From Bdellovibrionales bacterium (lineage in GTDB: Bacteria; Bdellovibrionota; Bdellovibrionia; Bdellovibrionales; JAUICD01), in contig OZ241865.1 in the NCBI GenBank assembly GCA_965203275.1, forward strand, positions 2,336,001-2,400,000: a stretch of 64,000 nt of DNA. The letters are read 5' to 3'. Of this stretch, positions 1 to 11,335 are shown piece after piece (the first letter of the stretch is position 1; each line of letters begins with the position of its first letter). The translations under genes were made by a program, and so were the position numbers. Below the pieces are notes generated by a model. It was given only the letters and a program-made list of their open reading frames with translations, did no database searches and was not told the origin of the DNA.

Positions 1-50
1 AATTTTTGTTTTTTTCAGAGGGGGAAGGGCTGGTTAGGGAAAACCAGCAC

Positions 51-1151
51 TTAATTTCTACACCAATAACTATATGTCACTCTTGTGTCTTGCATAAGAG
101 GAGGGTTGAAGATAATCTTGCTCCCTTCCACTTTGTATTCATCTTCTGTAAAGCCTTCCACACGGACAGGTCCACCACTAAGGTCAGGTGTACATTTCAA
201 GTCAATAGAGCTTGTTGTGCGGACAAGGGTGCGAGAGATTTCTTCTAATTGTGTAGCATAGTCATCAGCACACACACTACCTACTCGACCACCTGTGACT
301 CGAGCTGCTGCTGCATACTCATGTCCATAATAAGGTGTTGCATTTGTACCTTGTGCTGCTTGTTCTTGAAGGCATTTGCTGTCAACAGGAGGTCCAGGAT
401 CAACCACAATAGCATGAACAGTCACTTGCTGATCGCCTTTAATACGTCTTGCTGTGTCTATGAGATCACTTGCACGATCTTTTCCTGCTTCTAAAGGATA
501 ACCAAATGTGTTTCCATTACTTCGTTCATTTTCATCACTGATAATAATAATACCTAAATCAGCATCAGATCTTATGATACCATATTCATTATTGTTCAAG
601 GCTGTGATGAGAGAATAAATACATCTTTCGTCACCATTTCCTACTTCAGGTCGTTGAATAGTATTTTTAAATTTATTGTTTTGACCTGAATCACCCGATC
701 TCAATATGTAAGAACTAGTACCTGCAACTTTTAAAAGCTGTCCACCTTGTGTGGGACCATTACCTGACATATCTGAAGTGACAAAGCCAATTTGATAATC
801 AAAATCTCTGATAGCACTAATGAAACTATTAAACCTTCGACCTAGACGTCTTTGTTCTTCAGACATAGAGGTAGAATTATCCACACAGAAAAGAATATCT
901 AGCTTGGTCATGCTTCTAGGAGCTCTAAAAGTGTCATTGTAATATCTATAACGTGTTGCTGGCTCAACAGGAGGATCCTCGTTAGGAGGAGTTTCCGTTT
1001 CAGTAGTAGGAGGGGGAGTAGTAGGAGGGGGGGAAACTAAAGGTACTTGTTCGCTCATTGAGAGTTCTGCATTTTTGCAACCCACAATAAAGATTATTGT
1101 AAATAAAATAGCTAAAATTGTAGTAAAAAGCCTCATAATGTTATTCTCCAA
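51..1151 (-). CDS. vWA-domain lipoprotein
   Basis: Lipobox IVGC, Pro/Thr linker, DILFCVDNSTSM MIDAS motif, IISDENE; true start may be M6. Confidence 0.8.
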   Translation of the reverse strand: MENNIMRLFTTILAILFTIIFIVGCKNAELSMSEQVPLVSPPPTTPPPTTETETPPNEDPPVEPATRYRYYNDTFRAPRSMTKLDILFCVDNSTSMSEEQRRLGRRFNSFISAIRDFDYQIGFVTSDMSGNGPTQGGQLLKVAGTSSYILRSGDSGQNNKFKNTIQRPEVGNGDERCIYSLITALNNNEYGIIRSDADLGIIIISDENERSNGNTFGYPLEAGKDRASDLIDTARRIKGDQQVTVHAIVVDPGPPVDSKCLQEQAAQGTNATPYYGHEYAAAARVTGGRVGSVCADDYATQLEEISRTLVRTTSSIDLKCTPDLSGGPVRVEGFTEDEYKVEGSKIIFNPPLMQDTRVTYSYWCRN

Positions 1152-1202
1152 ATTTTCATTTATCTTTATACATATTTTTTACAGTTTCTTACTTATTGTT
1201 AC

Positions 1203-1218
1203 TTCAAAATCTATGCCA
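1203..1218 (-). promoter_or_regulatory. possible sigma-54 (-24/-12) promoter
   Basis: Minus strand TGGCATAGATTTTGAA about 55 bp upstream of the vWA gene; -12 is GA rather than GC. Confidence 0.3.
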
Positions 1219-1653
1219 GATTGAGATCGGATACTTTAAGTTATTGAAATTAAAGCTTATTTTTAAAAACCCTTTGCTTTCTATCAAAAATAAATCAAAT
1301 GAAGTGAAATAATTGCTTTCAGTGGAAAATGAAATTATCTTAAATGATATCAATAGTTTATGTTAATTCTTCTTCTAAAGATAAGATTTCAATAAAATAA
1401 ACAGAAGTGACAAATAAGAGTCCTTATTTTGCCTCTCACTACACCTTTTTAATGTTTTTTATTCAATGCTAGATATTTCTTTTTATAATTTCTGATTATT
1501 ATGACGAGGGAAGATGAACTAGTGAGATAAAGGAAAGTTTGATTCTAAATTGTTCTAAGTCTAAGTGGTGTTGTTTTTTAAAGTACTTCAGTTTTGTTTT
1601 GTTTTTACCGATATTATTAACAGATATGTATCAATTTATTAGGTATTTAAAAA

Positions 1654-4600
1654 ATGACATTTCTAAAGACAGTGCAAGGTCATCAAAACAGTTTTATAAA
1701 GAAAAACTTTTTTAAGTTTAAAGGGTTATATATTATAGTTTTGGTTTGCATTGGCTTTTTTGTGGTTGTATTTCAAAACTGCAAGTCTGATACTGTATCC
1801 ACTAGCAAAACTTCACAGCCAGGAGATTCTGGATCTTCTTTGTCTTATGAAAGAGGTTATATTATTGCACACTTACCTTCAGAGGGCGAGGGTATGTCCA
1901 AAGATAAATTTGATCTCAATACAGATGTCCATCTTAAAATGAAGCATGTTCATCCTGATGCAAATAACTTTAAGTGGAGTGTGACAAGGGGTTTTGAAAG
2001 TATTGTCGATTCTCAAACTAAAAATCAAAATAAGTATCAGCATCGTTTCACACAGATAGGTAGCTACACTGTGCTTGCTACAGCATATCAAGGGGGGAGG
2101 TTATTAACCAGTTCTAATAAACAGATTGTGATTGGAGCAGAATGTCCATTAGATAATATATTAGAGATAGAGCTTCAATCAGGTTCTTTCACTAGTGATT
2201 CTTCTGTTACTTTGACTTTGAGAGATGCTTCTGATTTTACAGATATAGCATGGAAGGTGACCTTACCTTCTAGTCCATCAAAGCAAGATTTTAATGGTGC
2301 AACATTGACTGTCGACCTGACAGGAGAGTCATCAGGTTCTCTAATTATTGAAGTCTCTGCTGTGGATTCAGCAGGATGTCTTGTCTATAGAAAAAAAGAG
2401 CTTCAAGTTACAGAAAACTTACAACCCTATATCAATCCATTTCAAATAACAGATGATGGTCAAGAAGTGGCTGTAACACTAGAAAACAATGACATTTATA
2501 AATATAGAAGGCCTCAAGGAAATACTCAAATGTTGAATTTAGATATTAAAAATACTGACAGATGCGAGTTTCAGGTCGATAGGAAGGAGCGTTCTTCAAT
2601 AAGTTGTCAAGGTGCTATAGATATCAGTTTAAGTTCAAATACAGAGTGTCAAGAGACTCTTGTCAATATATTTTTAGAAGATCAGGCAGATTCGTCTTAT
2701 CAATCTTATCAATATTATAATTATTGTCCAGCTAACAATAAGATTTGTTATTTTGGTTCTATTGAAGGAAGAATGGGGCAGCATTTTTGTTCAAAGAGTC
2801 TTGCATTAGCTAGCAGAGGTGATCAGCGTCCAGATCTTGTGACAGATAGAAGTATAGATGGACAGTGTGACAATTCTCGCAAAAATGGGTGTGTGACAGG
2901 TGAGGCCAATGATGGTGCTATAGCAGATACAGAAGAATTTTATCTATGGCACTGTGTTGGGATCAACAAAGGAGAGACAGCTACAGATTGCCGTAAGAGA
3001 ATACCCATCAACGGGCAATGTGATAATTCAAAAAGGAATAGCTGTCTTGTGGGGCAGGTTAATGATGAGGCTTCAGCAGATACAATAGAATTTTATAAAT
3101 GGCATTGTGAAGGAGAGCATGGAGGGAGGACTGCTAGCAATTGTAAGAAAGGTAAACCCCTTAATGGGGTATGCAATAACAATGTTAAATATAGATGTTC
3201 TATTGGTACGCCTAACCCGACGGCTGTAAAAAATACAAAAACACATTATAAATGGAAGTGTAATGGGAAAAATGGAGGTCGAATTTCAGGGACTTGTCAA
3301 GTAGGCGTAGAAGTTAGAGGGGCGTGTGATAATTCTCGCAGGAATGGATGTCGTATAGGCACAGCCAATGCTGGAGCTGTTGCTGATACAAGTGCTTATT
3401 ATAGATGGAAGTGTAATGGGAAAAATGGAGGTGAGAGTTCAGGCACTTGTCAAATAAGCAAACCAGCCGATGGACAATGTGATAATACTCGTAGAAATGG
3501 CTGTCAGTCAGGTACAGCTAATGATGGGGTTGTTGCTGATACAAACGTTTATTATAGGTGGCGATGTGATGGAAATGGAGGTCAAAATTCAGGTACTTGT
3601 CAAATGAGAAAACAAGTCAGAGGGCAATGTGATAATACTCGTAGAAACGGATGCCAGGCAGGAACAGCCAATGCGAGAGCAGTTGCTGATACCACTGTTT
3701 ATTATAGGTGGAGGTGTGAAGGACAAAATGGAGGTGGCAATTCAGGTACATGCCAAATAAGAACATCAGTCAATGGGCAATGTGATAATTCTCGCAGAAA
3801 TGGCTGTCTTACAGGAACATCTAATGCTAGAGCAGTTGCTGATACCAGCACACATTATAAGTGGCATTGTGTGGGGTTGCGTGGTGGACAGACAGCTACC
3901 AGTTGTCAAAGACCCAGACAGATCAGAGGGCAGTGTGATAATTCTCGTAGAAATGGTTGCCGGACAGGTACAGCTAATGATGGGGTTGTTGCTGATACCA
4001 GCACTTATTATAGATGGCGGTGTGATGGAAGTGGAGGTCGAAACTCAGGCACTTGTCAAATAAATAAACCACCTCAACCACAACAGATCAGAGGACAGTG
4101 TAATAATTCTCTTAGAAATGGTTGCCAGGCAGGTACAGCCAATGCGGAGGTTATTGCTGATACAGGCACTTATTATAGATGGAGGTGTGATGGGCAAAAC
4201 GGAGGGCAAAACTCAGGCACTTGTCAAATAAGCAAACCACCAGTTTCTCAGTACCAAAAACACACACAGTCTATAACACAAAATAGTTTTGTTAGCCCAC
4301 AAACAGATATTTTGCTTGTACTTGATATATCAGGCAGTGTAAGTTCTCGTATGAAGGATATGGTCAAAAATGGTAATTTTATAGATCAATTTATAGCGGG
4401 CATATCTAATGTAGGAAGAAGAAATAATATGTCTGTTAGTATCAATATAGCCACTATTTTAGCTGTAGCAGATCATCCTTGGTCAGGAAAAATCTTTTTC
4501 AAAAAAGAACCAAAAGTACTTAAGTCTACTATACATTCTCTAAAAGAAATGCGAAGTACTTTAGGCGAAAGGTTTAAGAAAAGAAAAATAATCAGTAGTG

Positions 4601-5259
4601 AGGAAAGGGGGGAAAGATACAGAAATCAACGTGAAGAAATGAACCTTAAAGCCCTAATGGAAAGCGTTACAGGAACACATTTGACAGAAAATCAAAAATT
4701 AGACTTTTTCCGTCCTGATGCCTCACTAATTGTTATTTTTATTACTGATGAGACAGATGTCTGTGCTAGAGCAAATAGTGAATATGAACGAGAAGGTGCT
4801 AAGATGTTCTGTAGTGGTATCACACACCAAACTGTTCTAGCTACTTTAAGGAATTTAAAAGGTACTGCTTTAAGTATTCATGGCATTTTTGATAGCAATG
4901 TACATTCTAATCATCCAAGTAAGCCTAGTAAGGAATATGCTTATGGAATTCAAGAGCTTGTACGGGCAGTCAATGGAGTGGCTATACCTTTTAAAGCTTC
5001 TAATGCTAGAGTTAGAACTGGCATCGACAGTATTCTTCAACGAGTCAACAATAATAGATTATTTAAACCAACATTAGGAATCACTTTAAGACATCGCCCT
5101 GTTGCTGGTAAGACGAAAGTATTATTGACAAACCCTGGATCATCTCCTCGGGAGATACCTTTTGTATATGATAGTAGTGCAAATACTATCCGTATTGATG
5201 CTAGCAATGCAGGGACACGAAACGCTGTCATCACAGTGGAATATTATACTACAAGGTAA
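1654..5259 (+). CDS. Exported adhesin-like protein: PKD/Ig-like N-terminus, 9 Cys-rich ~50-aa repeats, C-terminal vWA
   Basis: Hydrophobic signal ending FQNC; repeats GQCDNSRRNGCxxGTAN...YYRWRCxGxNGGxNSGTC; MIDAS DISGS. Confidence 0.75.
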   Translation: MTFLKTVQGHQNSFIKKNFFKFKGLYIIVLVCIGFFVVVFQNCKSDTVSTSKTSQPGDSGSSLSYERGYIIAHLPSEGEGMSKDKFDLNTDVHLKMKHVHPDANNFKWSVTRGFESIVDSQTKNQNKYQHRFTQIGSYTVLATAYQGGRLLTSSNKQIVIGAECPLDNILEIELQSGSFTSDSSVTLTLRDASDFTDIAWKVTLPSSPSKQDFNGATLTVDLTGESSGSLIIEVSAVDSAGCLVYRKKELQVTENLQPYINPFQITDDGQEVAVTLENNDIYKYRRPQGNTQMLNLDIKNTDRCEFQVDRKERSSISCQGAIDISLSSNTECQETLVNIFLEDQADSSYQSYQYYNYCPANNKICYFGSIEGRMGQHFCSKSLALASRGDQRPDLVTDRSIDGQCDNSRKNGCVTGEANDGAIADTEEFYLWHCVGINKGETATDCRKRIPINGQCDNSKRNSCLVGQVNDEASADTIEFYKWHCEGEHGGRTASNCKKGKPLNGVCNNNVKYRCSIGTPNPTAVKNTKTHYKWKCNGKNGGRISGTCQVGVEVRGACDNSRRNGCRIGTANAGAVADTSAYYRWKCNGKNGGESSGTCQISKPADGQCDNTRRNGCQSGTANDGVVADTNVYYRWRCDGNGGQNSGTCQMRKQVRGQCDNTRRNGCQAGTANARAVADTTVYYRWRCEGQNGGGNSGTCQIRTSVNGQCDNSRRNGCLTGTSNARAVADTSTHYKWHCVGLRGGQTATSCQRPRQIRGQCDNSRRNGCRTGTANDGVVADTSTYYRWRCDGSGGRNSGTCQINKPPQPQQIRGQCNNSLRNGCQAGTANAEVIADTGTYYRWRCDGQNGGQNSGTCQISKPPVSQYQKHTQSITQNSFVSPQTDILLVLDISGSVSSRMKDMVKNGNFIDQFIAGISNVGRRNNMSVSINIATILAVADHPWSGKIFFKKEPKVLKSTIHSLKEMRSTLGERFKKRKIISSEERGERYRNQREEMNLKALMESVTGTHLTENQKLDFFRPDASLIVIFITDETDVCARANSEYEREGAKMFCSGITHQTVLATLRNLKGTALSIHGIFDSNVHSNHPSKPSKEYAYGIQELVRAVNGVAIPFKASNARVRTGIDSILQRVNNNRLFKPTLGITLRHRPVAGKTKVLLTNPGSSPREIPFVYDSSANTIRIDASNAGTRNAVITVEYYTTR

Positions 5260-5642
5260 ACATAGACTGGCTTTGAAATAAAATGAGTTAAAATAATTGC
5301 TTTCAGTGGAAAATGAAATTATCTTAAATGATATCAATAGTTTAGGTTGATTTTTCTTCTGAAGATAAGATTTCAATAAAATAAACAAAAGTGACAAATA
5401 AGAGTCTTTATTTTGCCTCTCACTACACTTTTTTAATGTTTTTTATTCAATGCTAGATATTTCTTTTTATAATTTCTGATTATATATGACGAGGGAAGAT
5501 GAACTAGTGAGATACAGGAAAGTTTTATCCTAAGTTGCTCTAAGTCTAAGTGTTGTTTTTTTAAATACTTAAGTTTTGTTTTGTTTTTACCGATATTATT
5601 AGCAGATATGTATCAATTTAAAACATTCTAGGTATTTTAAAA

Positions 5643-8600
5643 ATGATATTTTTAAAAACAGTGCAAAGCCATCAAAGCCATTTTATAAGGAAGAACTTTT
5701 TTAAGTTTAAAGGGTTGTATATTATAGGTTTAGTTTGCATTGGCTTTTTAGTGGTCGTATTTCAAAACTGCAAGTCTGATACTGTATCCACTAGCAAAAC
5801 TTCACAGCCAGGAGATGAAGCCTCTTTGTCTTATGAAAGAGGTTATATCATTGCTCACTTATCTTCAGAGGGCGAAGGTATGTCCAAAGATAGATTTGAG
5901 GTCAATACAGATGTCCATCTTAAAATGAAGCATGTTCATTCTGATGCAAATAACTTTAAGTGGAGTGTGACAAGAGGTTTTGAAAGTATTGTCGATTCTC
6001 AAACCACAGATCAAAATGAATATCAACATCGTTTCACACAGACGGGTAGCTACACTGTGCTTGCTACAGCATATCAAGGGGGGAGGTTATTAACTAGTTC
6101 TAATAAACAGATTGTGATTGGAGCAGAATGTCCATTAGATAATATATTAGAGATAAAGCTTCAATCAGGTTCTTTCACTAGTGATTCTTCTGTTACTTTG
6201 ACCTTAAGAGATGCTTCTGATTTTACAGATATAACATGGAAAGTTCAATTACCTTCTAGCCCATCAAAGCAAGATTTTAATGGTGCAACATTAAGTATAG
6301 ACCTAACAGAGGCGTTAGGTTCTCTGATCATTGAAGTTTCTGCTGTGGATTCAGCAGGATGTCTTGTTTATAGAAAAAAAGAGATTCAAGTTACAGAGGG
6401 CTTACAACCCTACATCAATCCATTTCAAATAACAGATGATGGTCAGGAAGTGGCTGTAGTGCTAGAAAACAATGACATTTATAAATATAGAAGGCCTCAA
6501 GGAAACACTCAAAGTTTGAATTTAGATATTAAAAATGCTGAAAGATGTGAGTTTCAGGTCGACAGGAAGGAGCGTTCTTCAATAAGTTGTCAAGGTGCTA
6601 TAGATATCAGTTTAAGTTCAAATACAGAGTGTCAAGAGACTCTTGTCAATATATTTTTAGAAGATCAGGCAGATTCGTCTTATCAATATTATAATTATTG
6701 TCCAGCTAACAATGAGATTTGTTATTTTGGTTCTATTGAAAAAAGAATGGGGCAGCATTTTTGCTCAAAGAATCTTGCATTAGCTAGCAGAGGTGATCAG
6801 CGTCCAGATCTTATGACAGATAGAAGTGTAGATGGAGAGTGTGACAATTCTCGCAAAAATGGATGTGTGACAGGTGAGGCCAATGATGGTGCCATAGCGG
6901 ATACAGAAGAATTTTATCTATGGCATTGTGTGGGAATCAACAATGGAGAAACTGCCACAGATTGCCGTAAGAGAATCCCTATCAACGGGCAATGTGATAA
7001 TTCAAAAAGAAACAGCTGTCTTGTGGGGCAAGTTAATGATGAGGCTGCAAGGGATACAGAAGAATTTTATAAGTGGCATTGTGAAGGAGAACATGGAGGG
7101 AGAACTGCTAGCAATTGTAAGAAGGGTAAAGCTTTTTGTGATAATACTCGTAGAAATGGATGCCAGGCAGGTACAGCTAATGATGAGGTTGTTGCTGATA
7201 CAAATATTTATTATAGATGGCGATGTGATGGAGATGGAGGTCAAAATTCAGGTACTTGTCAAATGAGAAAACAAGTCAGAGGGCAGTGTGATAATACTCG
7301 TAGAAATGGATGCCAGGCAGGCACAGCCAACGCGAGAGCAGTTGCTGATACCAGCACATATTATAGGTGGAGGTGTGAAGGACAAAATGGAGGTGGCAAT
7401 TCAGGTACATGTCAAATAAGAACATCAGTCAATGGGCAATGTGATAATACTCGTAGAAATGGCTGTCTTACAGGCACATCTAATGCGAGAGCAGTTGCTG
7501 ATACCAGCACACATTATAAGTGGCAATGTGTAGGAGAGCATGGTGGACGGACAGCTACCAATTGTCAAAGACCAAGACAGATCAGGGGGCAGTGTGATAA
7601 TTCTCTTAGAAATGGATGTCGTACAGGCACAGCCAATGCGAGGGCTATTGCTGATACAGGCAGACATTATAGATGGAGGTGTGATGGAGAAAATGGAGGT
7701 GGCAACTCAGGCACTTGTCAAATAAATAAACCACCTGAGTACCAAAAACACACACAATCTATAACACAAAGTAATGTTGTTAAACCACAAACAGATATTT
7801 TATTTGTACTTGATCCATCAGGCAGTATGAGTAATTTTATGCAGGTATTCACAAATAACGGTGCTATAAAGTGGTTTATAGATAGTTTACATAGAGAGGC
7901 TGATTTTAATATAGCCACTATTTTAGCTATAGTAGATGATGAGTTGTCAGGACGCATTTTTCCCACAGAAAATGCTCCAAAAGTGCTTAAGTCTAGAATA
8001 CATTCTCGAACACAAATACGGGATGGTTTACAGAAAAAGTTTAAGAAAAGAAAAATAAGCAACCAGAGAGATTGGACAGATCGTCATAGAAACCAACGTG
8101 AGGAAATGAACCTTAAAGCCCTAATGGAGAGCGTTACAACACGTTTGACAGAAAATCAAAGATTAGACTTTTTCCGTCCTGATGCCTCACTAATTGTTAT
8201 TTTTATCACTAATGAAGAAGATGTCTGTGCTAGATATCCCAGTTATGCTCGAACACTTTCTTATAAACCACCTAAAAATAATGACGAGCATAAATGGGAA
8301 CAAGAAGGTGCCGAGATGTTCTGTAGCGGTATCACACATCAAACTGTTTTAGCTACTTTAAAGAATTTAAAAGGCCCTGCTTTAAGTATTCATGGTATTT
8401 TTGATAGCAAAATACATTCTGGTCATCCAAGTGAACCTGATAAAGACTATGCTTATGGAATTCAAGAACTTGTACGTGCAGTCAATGGAGTTGCTATGCC
8501 TTTTAATCACAATTATCGAAGTAGCTTTCAAACTATTTTTAATCAAGTCAACACTAAATTATTTAAACCAACATTAGGGATCACTCTAAGATATCGCCCT

Positions 8601-8759
8601 GTTGAAAGTAAAACAAAAGTATTATTGACAAACCCTGGATCGTCTCCTCGAGAGATACCTTTTGTATATAATAGTAGTGCAAATACTATCCGTATTGATG
8701 CTAGCAATGCAGGGACACAAAACTCTGTCATCACAGTGGAATATTATACTATAAGGTAG
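5643..8759 (+). CDS. Tandem paralogue of 1654..5259 with 6 Cys-rich repeats and vWA
   Basis: Near-identical N- and C-termini; MIDAS DPSGS. Confidence 0.75.
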   Translation: MIFLKTVQSHQSHFIRKNFFKFKGLYIIGLVCIGFLVVVFQNCKSDTVSTSKTSQPGDEASLSYERGYIIAHLSSEGEGMSKDRFEVNTDVHLKMKHVHSDANNFKWSVTRGFESIVDSQTTDQNEYQHRFTQTGSYTVLATAYQGGRLLTSSNKQIVIGAECPLDNILEIKLQSGSFTSDSSVTLTLRDASDFTDITWKVQLPSSPSKQDFNGATLSIDLTEALGSLIIEVSAVDSAGCLVYRKKEIQVTEGLQPYINPFQITDDGQEVAVVLENNDIYKYRRPQGNTQSLNLDIKNAERCEFQVDRKERSSISCQGAIDISLSSNTECQETLVNIFLEDQADSSYQYYNYCPANNEICYFGSIEKRMGQHFCSKNLALASRGDQRPDLMTDRSVDGECDNSRKNGCVTGEANDGAIADTEEFYLWHCVGINNGETATDCRKRIPINGQCDNSKRNSCLVGQVNDEAARDTEEFYKWHCEGEHGGRTASNCKKGKAFCDNTRRNGCQAGTANDEVVADTNIYYRWRCDGDGGQNSGTCQMRKQVRGQCDNTRRNGCQAGTANARAVADTSTYYRWRCEGQNGGGNSGTCQIRTSVNGQCDNTRRNGCLTGTSNARAVADTSTHYKWQCVGEHGGRTATNCQRPRQIRGQCDNSLRNGCRTGTANARAIADTGRHYRWRCDGENGGGNSGTCQINKPPEYQKHTQSITQSNVVKPQTDILFVLDPSGSMSNFMQVFTNNGAIKWFIDSLHREADFNIATILAIVDDELSGRIFPTENAPKVLKSRIHSRTQIRDGLQKKFKKRKISNQRDWTDRHRNQREEMNLKALMESVTTRLTENQRLDFFRPDASLIVIFITNEEDVCARYPSYARTLSYKPPKNNDEHKWEQEGAEMFCSGITHQTVLATLKNLKGPALSIHGIFDSKIHSGHPSEPDKDYAYGIQELVRAVNGVAMPFNHNYRSSFQTIFNQVNTKLFKPTLGITLRYRPVESKTKVLLTNPGSSPREIPFVYNSSANTIRIDASNAGTQNSVITVEYYTIR

Positions 8760-8812
8760 TAGAGACCTGTCCTGAAATAAAATGATCTATGTACTTTTTA
8801 TCAAACTATGAG

Positions 8813-11335
8813 TCAGTTTAAATAATTAGAAGTAGCACTTTCCCCTAGAAGTTCTAAATGTGACGGGTGACCTCTTCCCACCAAATAACCGCCCTGTTCC
8901 CCTCCATCTGGCCCTAAATCAATCACATAGTCACTTGATTTGATCACATCTAAATTATGTTCAATTAAAATAACAGAATGTCCTTTATCCACAAGCTCCT
9001 GTAAAAGACAAATCAACTTACGAATATCCTCAAAATGCAGTCCTGTTGTAGGTTCATCTAATATATAAAGGTTTTTCCTACGGCCCGTCTTAGATAACTC
9101 CTTAGAAAGCTTAATCCTTTGGGCCTCTCCACCAGAAAGGGTCGGTGAGCTTTGACCTAAATGAATATAATCTAACCCTACAAGACTTAAAGTCCTGATT
9201 TTTTTTTGAATTTTGATATGATTTTTGAAAAACTCCATAGCTTGTGAAACAGACATATTTAAAACATCAGAAATATTTTTATCCTTATATTTGACTTCTA
9301 AAGTTTCAGAATTATACCGCTTACCCATACAGACTTCACACTGCACATAAAGGTCTGCCATAAAGTGCATTTCTATCTTTACTTGTCCAGCCCCTTGACA
9401 ATGTTCACAACGACCACCCTTCATATTAAAACTAAACCTTCCTGCTTTATACCCTCGCTTTCTAGACTCCGGTAATCCAGCAAATAAATCTCGAATAGGA
9501 GAAAATAACCCTGTGTAGGTAGATGGATTGGAACGAGGTGTCCTACCAATGGGCTTTTGTGTCACATTGATCACACCATCTAAAGCTCTAAACCCTGTGA
9601 TACTTTTAAAAGGTTTGACAAGGTATTGCGACGTATAAAAGTGATTGTGTAAATAACAAAAGAGAGTATCCATAATTAAAGTACTCTTTCCACTACCAGA
9701 TACACCTGTCACAGATACAAAAGCCCTCAAAGGTATATCCACGTGGATATCTTTGAGATTGTTGCCAGATGCACCTTTGATCCTTAACCAATGTGGTATT
9801 TTCCGGTAATTTCTGTTTTTGTTTTGGTAAGCTATTTTTTCTTTTTTAAGATACTGCCCTGTTAAACTTTGAGGTGTTTTTTGAATCTCTATAGGAGAAC
9901 CTACAGTGATCACTTCCCCTCCATCATCACCTGCTCCAGGTCCTAGATCAATAACATAATCCGATCGCAAAATTGTTTCTGCATCATGCTCTACAACTAA
10001 AATGGTATTCCCTCTATCTCTTAATTTATTTAAACTATTTAACAGCTTATTGTGATCTTTAGGGTGAAGACCAATAGAAGGTTCATCTAAAACATACGTT
10101 ATACCTATCAAGCTACTACCTAATTGATTAGCTAGACGTACTCTTTGGTATTCCCCACCTGAAAGTGAATTTGCAGGACGTAACAGATTCAAATAACCTA
10201 CACCTATATCACATAACGTAGTGACTTTTTGTTTAAGGTCTACTAAAGCCTTTTGAACAATTTGATAAGATCTTTGAGATAATTGCATTTCGTGATCTAA
10301 AAAATGTTTTAATTGAGTTAAGGTCATCCATGACAAATCTACAATAGATTTGCCATTGATAAAAACATTTCTAGCTTCTTTGTTGATGCGACTACCACCA
10401 CACTCGTCACATAAAAGAGATTGACTGTCCGTATCTACTTTTTCATCATCTAAGTCTAACATAAAATTTTTATAACCTGTTCCTGAGCATTTTTCACAAG
10501 CCCCTCTTGTATGATTAAAACTAAAACTACTAGGTTCTAGCTTATCAAAGGCAAAGTGACATTCAGGACATGCAGAGATCGCAGAGAAAAAATATTCTTT
10601 TGGAGGTGTAAGGACTTTAATTTTAAGATACCCTTCTGAGAGTTCTATAGCAGTTTGCATGCTTTTTTTGATTCTCTGATGTATTGATTTGTCCATTTCC
10701 ACTTGATCTATCTGCAAATCAATATTGTGCCTTTTATATCTTTGAAAAGGTGTAAAAAAAGGAGAATCCAAATATACGGGTTTAGCATCCACATAACATT
10801 TAAGATAACCTGCCTTTTGCCAATGATACATTTCTGTTGTAAAAGAACCTTTTTTGTTCCTCACTATAGGAGATAAGATTAAAAATCTTTGACCTTCTTT
10901 AAAATTTAACACCTTATCATAAATTGTTTCTATAGATTGACCTGCAACAGGAATTTTGTGTTCGGGACATTGAGCAATCCCTACTCTAGCATATAAAAGC
11001 CTTAAATAATCATAAATTTCTGTCAGAGTGCCTACAGTAGACTTAGAAGCAAAAGAAAGTGATTTTTGTTCAATGGCAATGGAAGGCGATAATCCTGATA
11101 TAAAATCTATATCTGGTTTTTTAAACTTCTCTAAGAAGTTCCTAGCATACGTGGAAAAGCTCTCTACATAACGTCTTTGGCCTTCAGCATAAATAGTATT
11201 AAAAACTAATGAAGATTTTCCGCTACCAGATAGTCCAGTGACCACAATCATTTTGTTCCTAGGAAGAGTGACATGGATATCTTTGAGATTATGCTCTCTA
11301 GCTCCTGAAACCACAATACCTTTATCATTTGTCAT
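8813..11335 (-). CDS. uvrA: Excinuclease ABC subunit A
   Basis: GAREHNLK, two Walker A motifs (GLSGSGKS, GVSGSGKS), LSGGE signatures, Zn fingers. Confidence 0.95.
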   Translation of the reverse strand: MTNDKGIVVSGAREHNLKDIHVTLPRNKMIVVTGLSGSGKSSLVFNTIYAEGQRRYVESFSTYARNFLEKFKKPDIDFISGLSPSIAIEQKSLSFASKSTVGTLTEIYDYLRLLYARVGIAQCPEHKIPVAGQSIETIYDKVLNFKEGQRFLILSPIVRNKKGSFTTEMYHWQKAGYLKCYVDAKPVYLDSPFFTPFQRYKRHNIDLQIDQVEMDKSIHQRIKKSMQTAIELSEGYLKIKVLTPPKEYFFSAISACPECHFAFDKLEPSSFSFNHTRGACEKCSGTGYKNFMLDLDDEKVDTDSQSLLCDECGGSRINKEARNVFINGKSIVDLSWMTLTQLKHFLDHEMQLSQRSYQIVQKALVDLKQKVTTLCDIGVGYLNLLRPANSLSGGEYQRVRLANQLGSSLIGITYVLDEPSIGLHPKDHNKLLNSLNKLRDRGNTILVVEHDAETILRSDYVIDLGPGAGDDGGEVITVGSPIEIQKTPQSLTGQYLKKEKIAYQNKNRNYRKIPHWLRIKGASGNNLKDIHVDIPLRAFVSVTGVSGSGKSTLIMDTLFCYLHNHFYTSQYLVKPFKSITGFRALDGVINVTQKPIGRTPRSNPSTYTGLFSPIRDLFAGLPESRKRGYKAGRFSFNMKGGRCEHCQGAGQVKIEMHFMADLYVQCEVCMGKRYNSETLEVKYKDKNISDVLNMSVSQAMEFFKNHIKIQKKIRTLSLVGLDYIHLGQSSPTLSGGEAQRIKLSKELSKTGRRKNLYILDEPTTGLHFEDIRKLICLLQELVDKGHSVILIEHNLDVIKSSDYVIDLGPDGGEQGGYLVGRGHPSHLELLGESATSNYLN

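Larger units (their letters stand above)
1297..8785 (+). repeat. Tandem duplication of upstream region plus gene (units ~1297-5280 and ~5281-8785)
   Basis: ~350-bp upstream regions 1297-1653 and 5281-5642 are nearly identical, as are most of the coding sequences. Confidence 0.9.
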
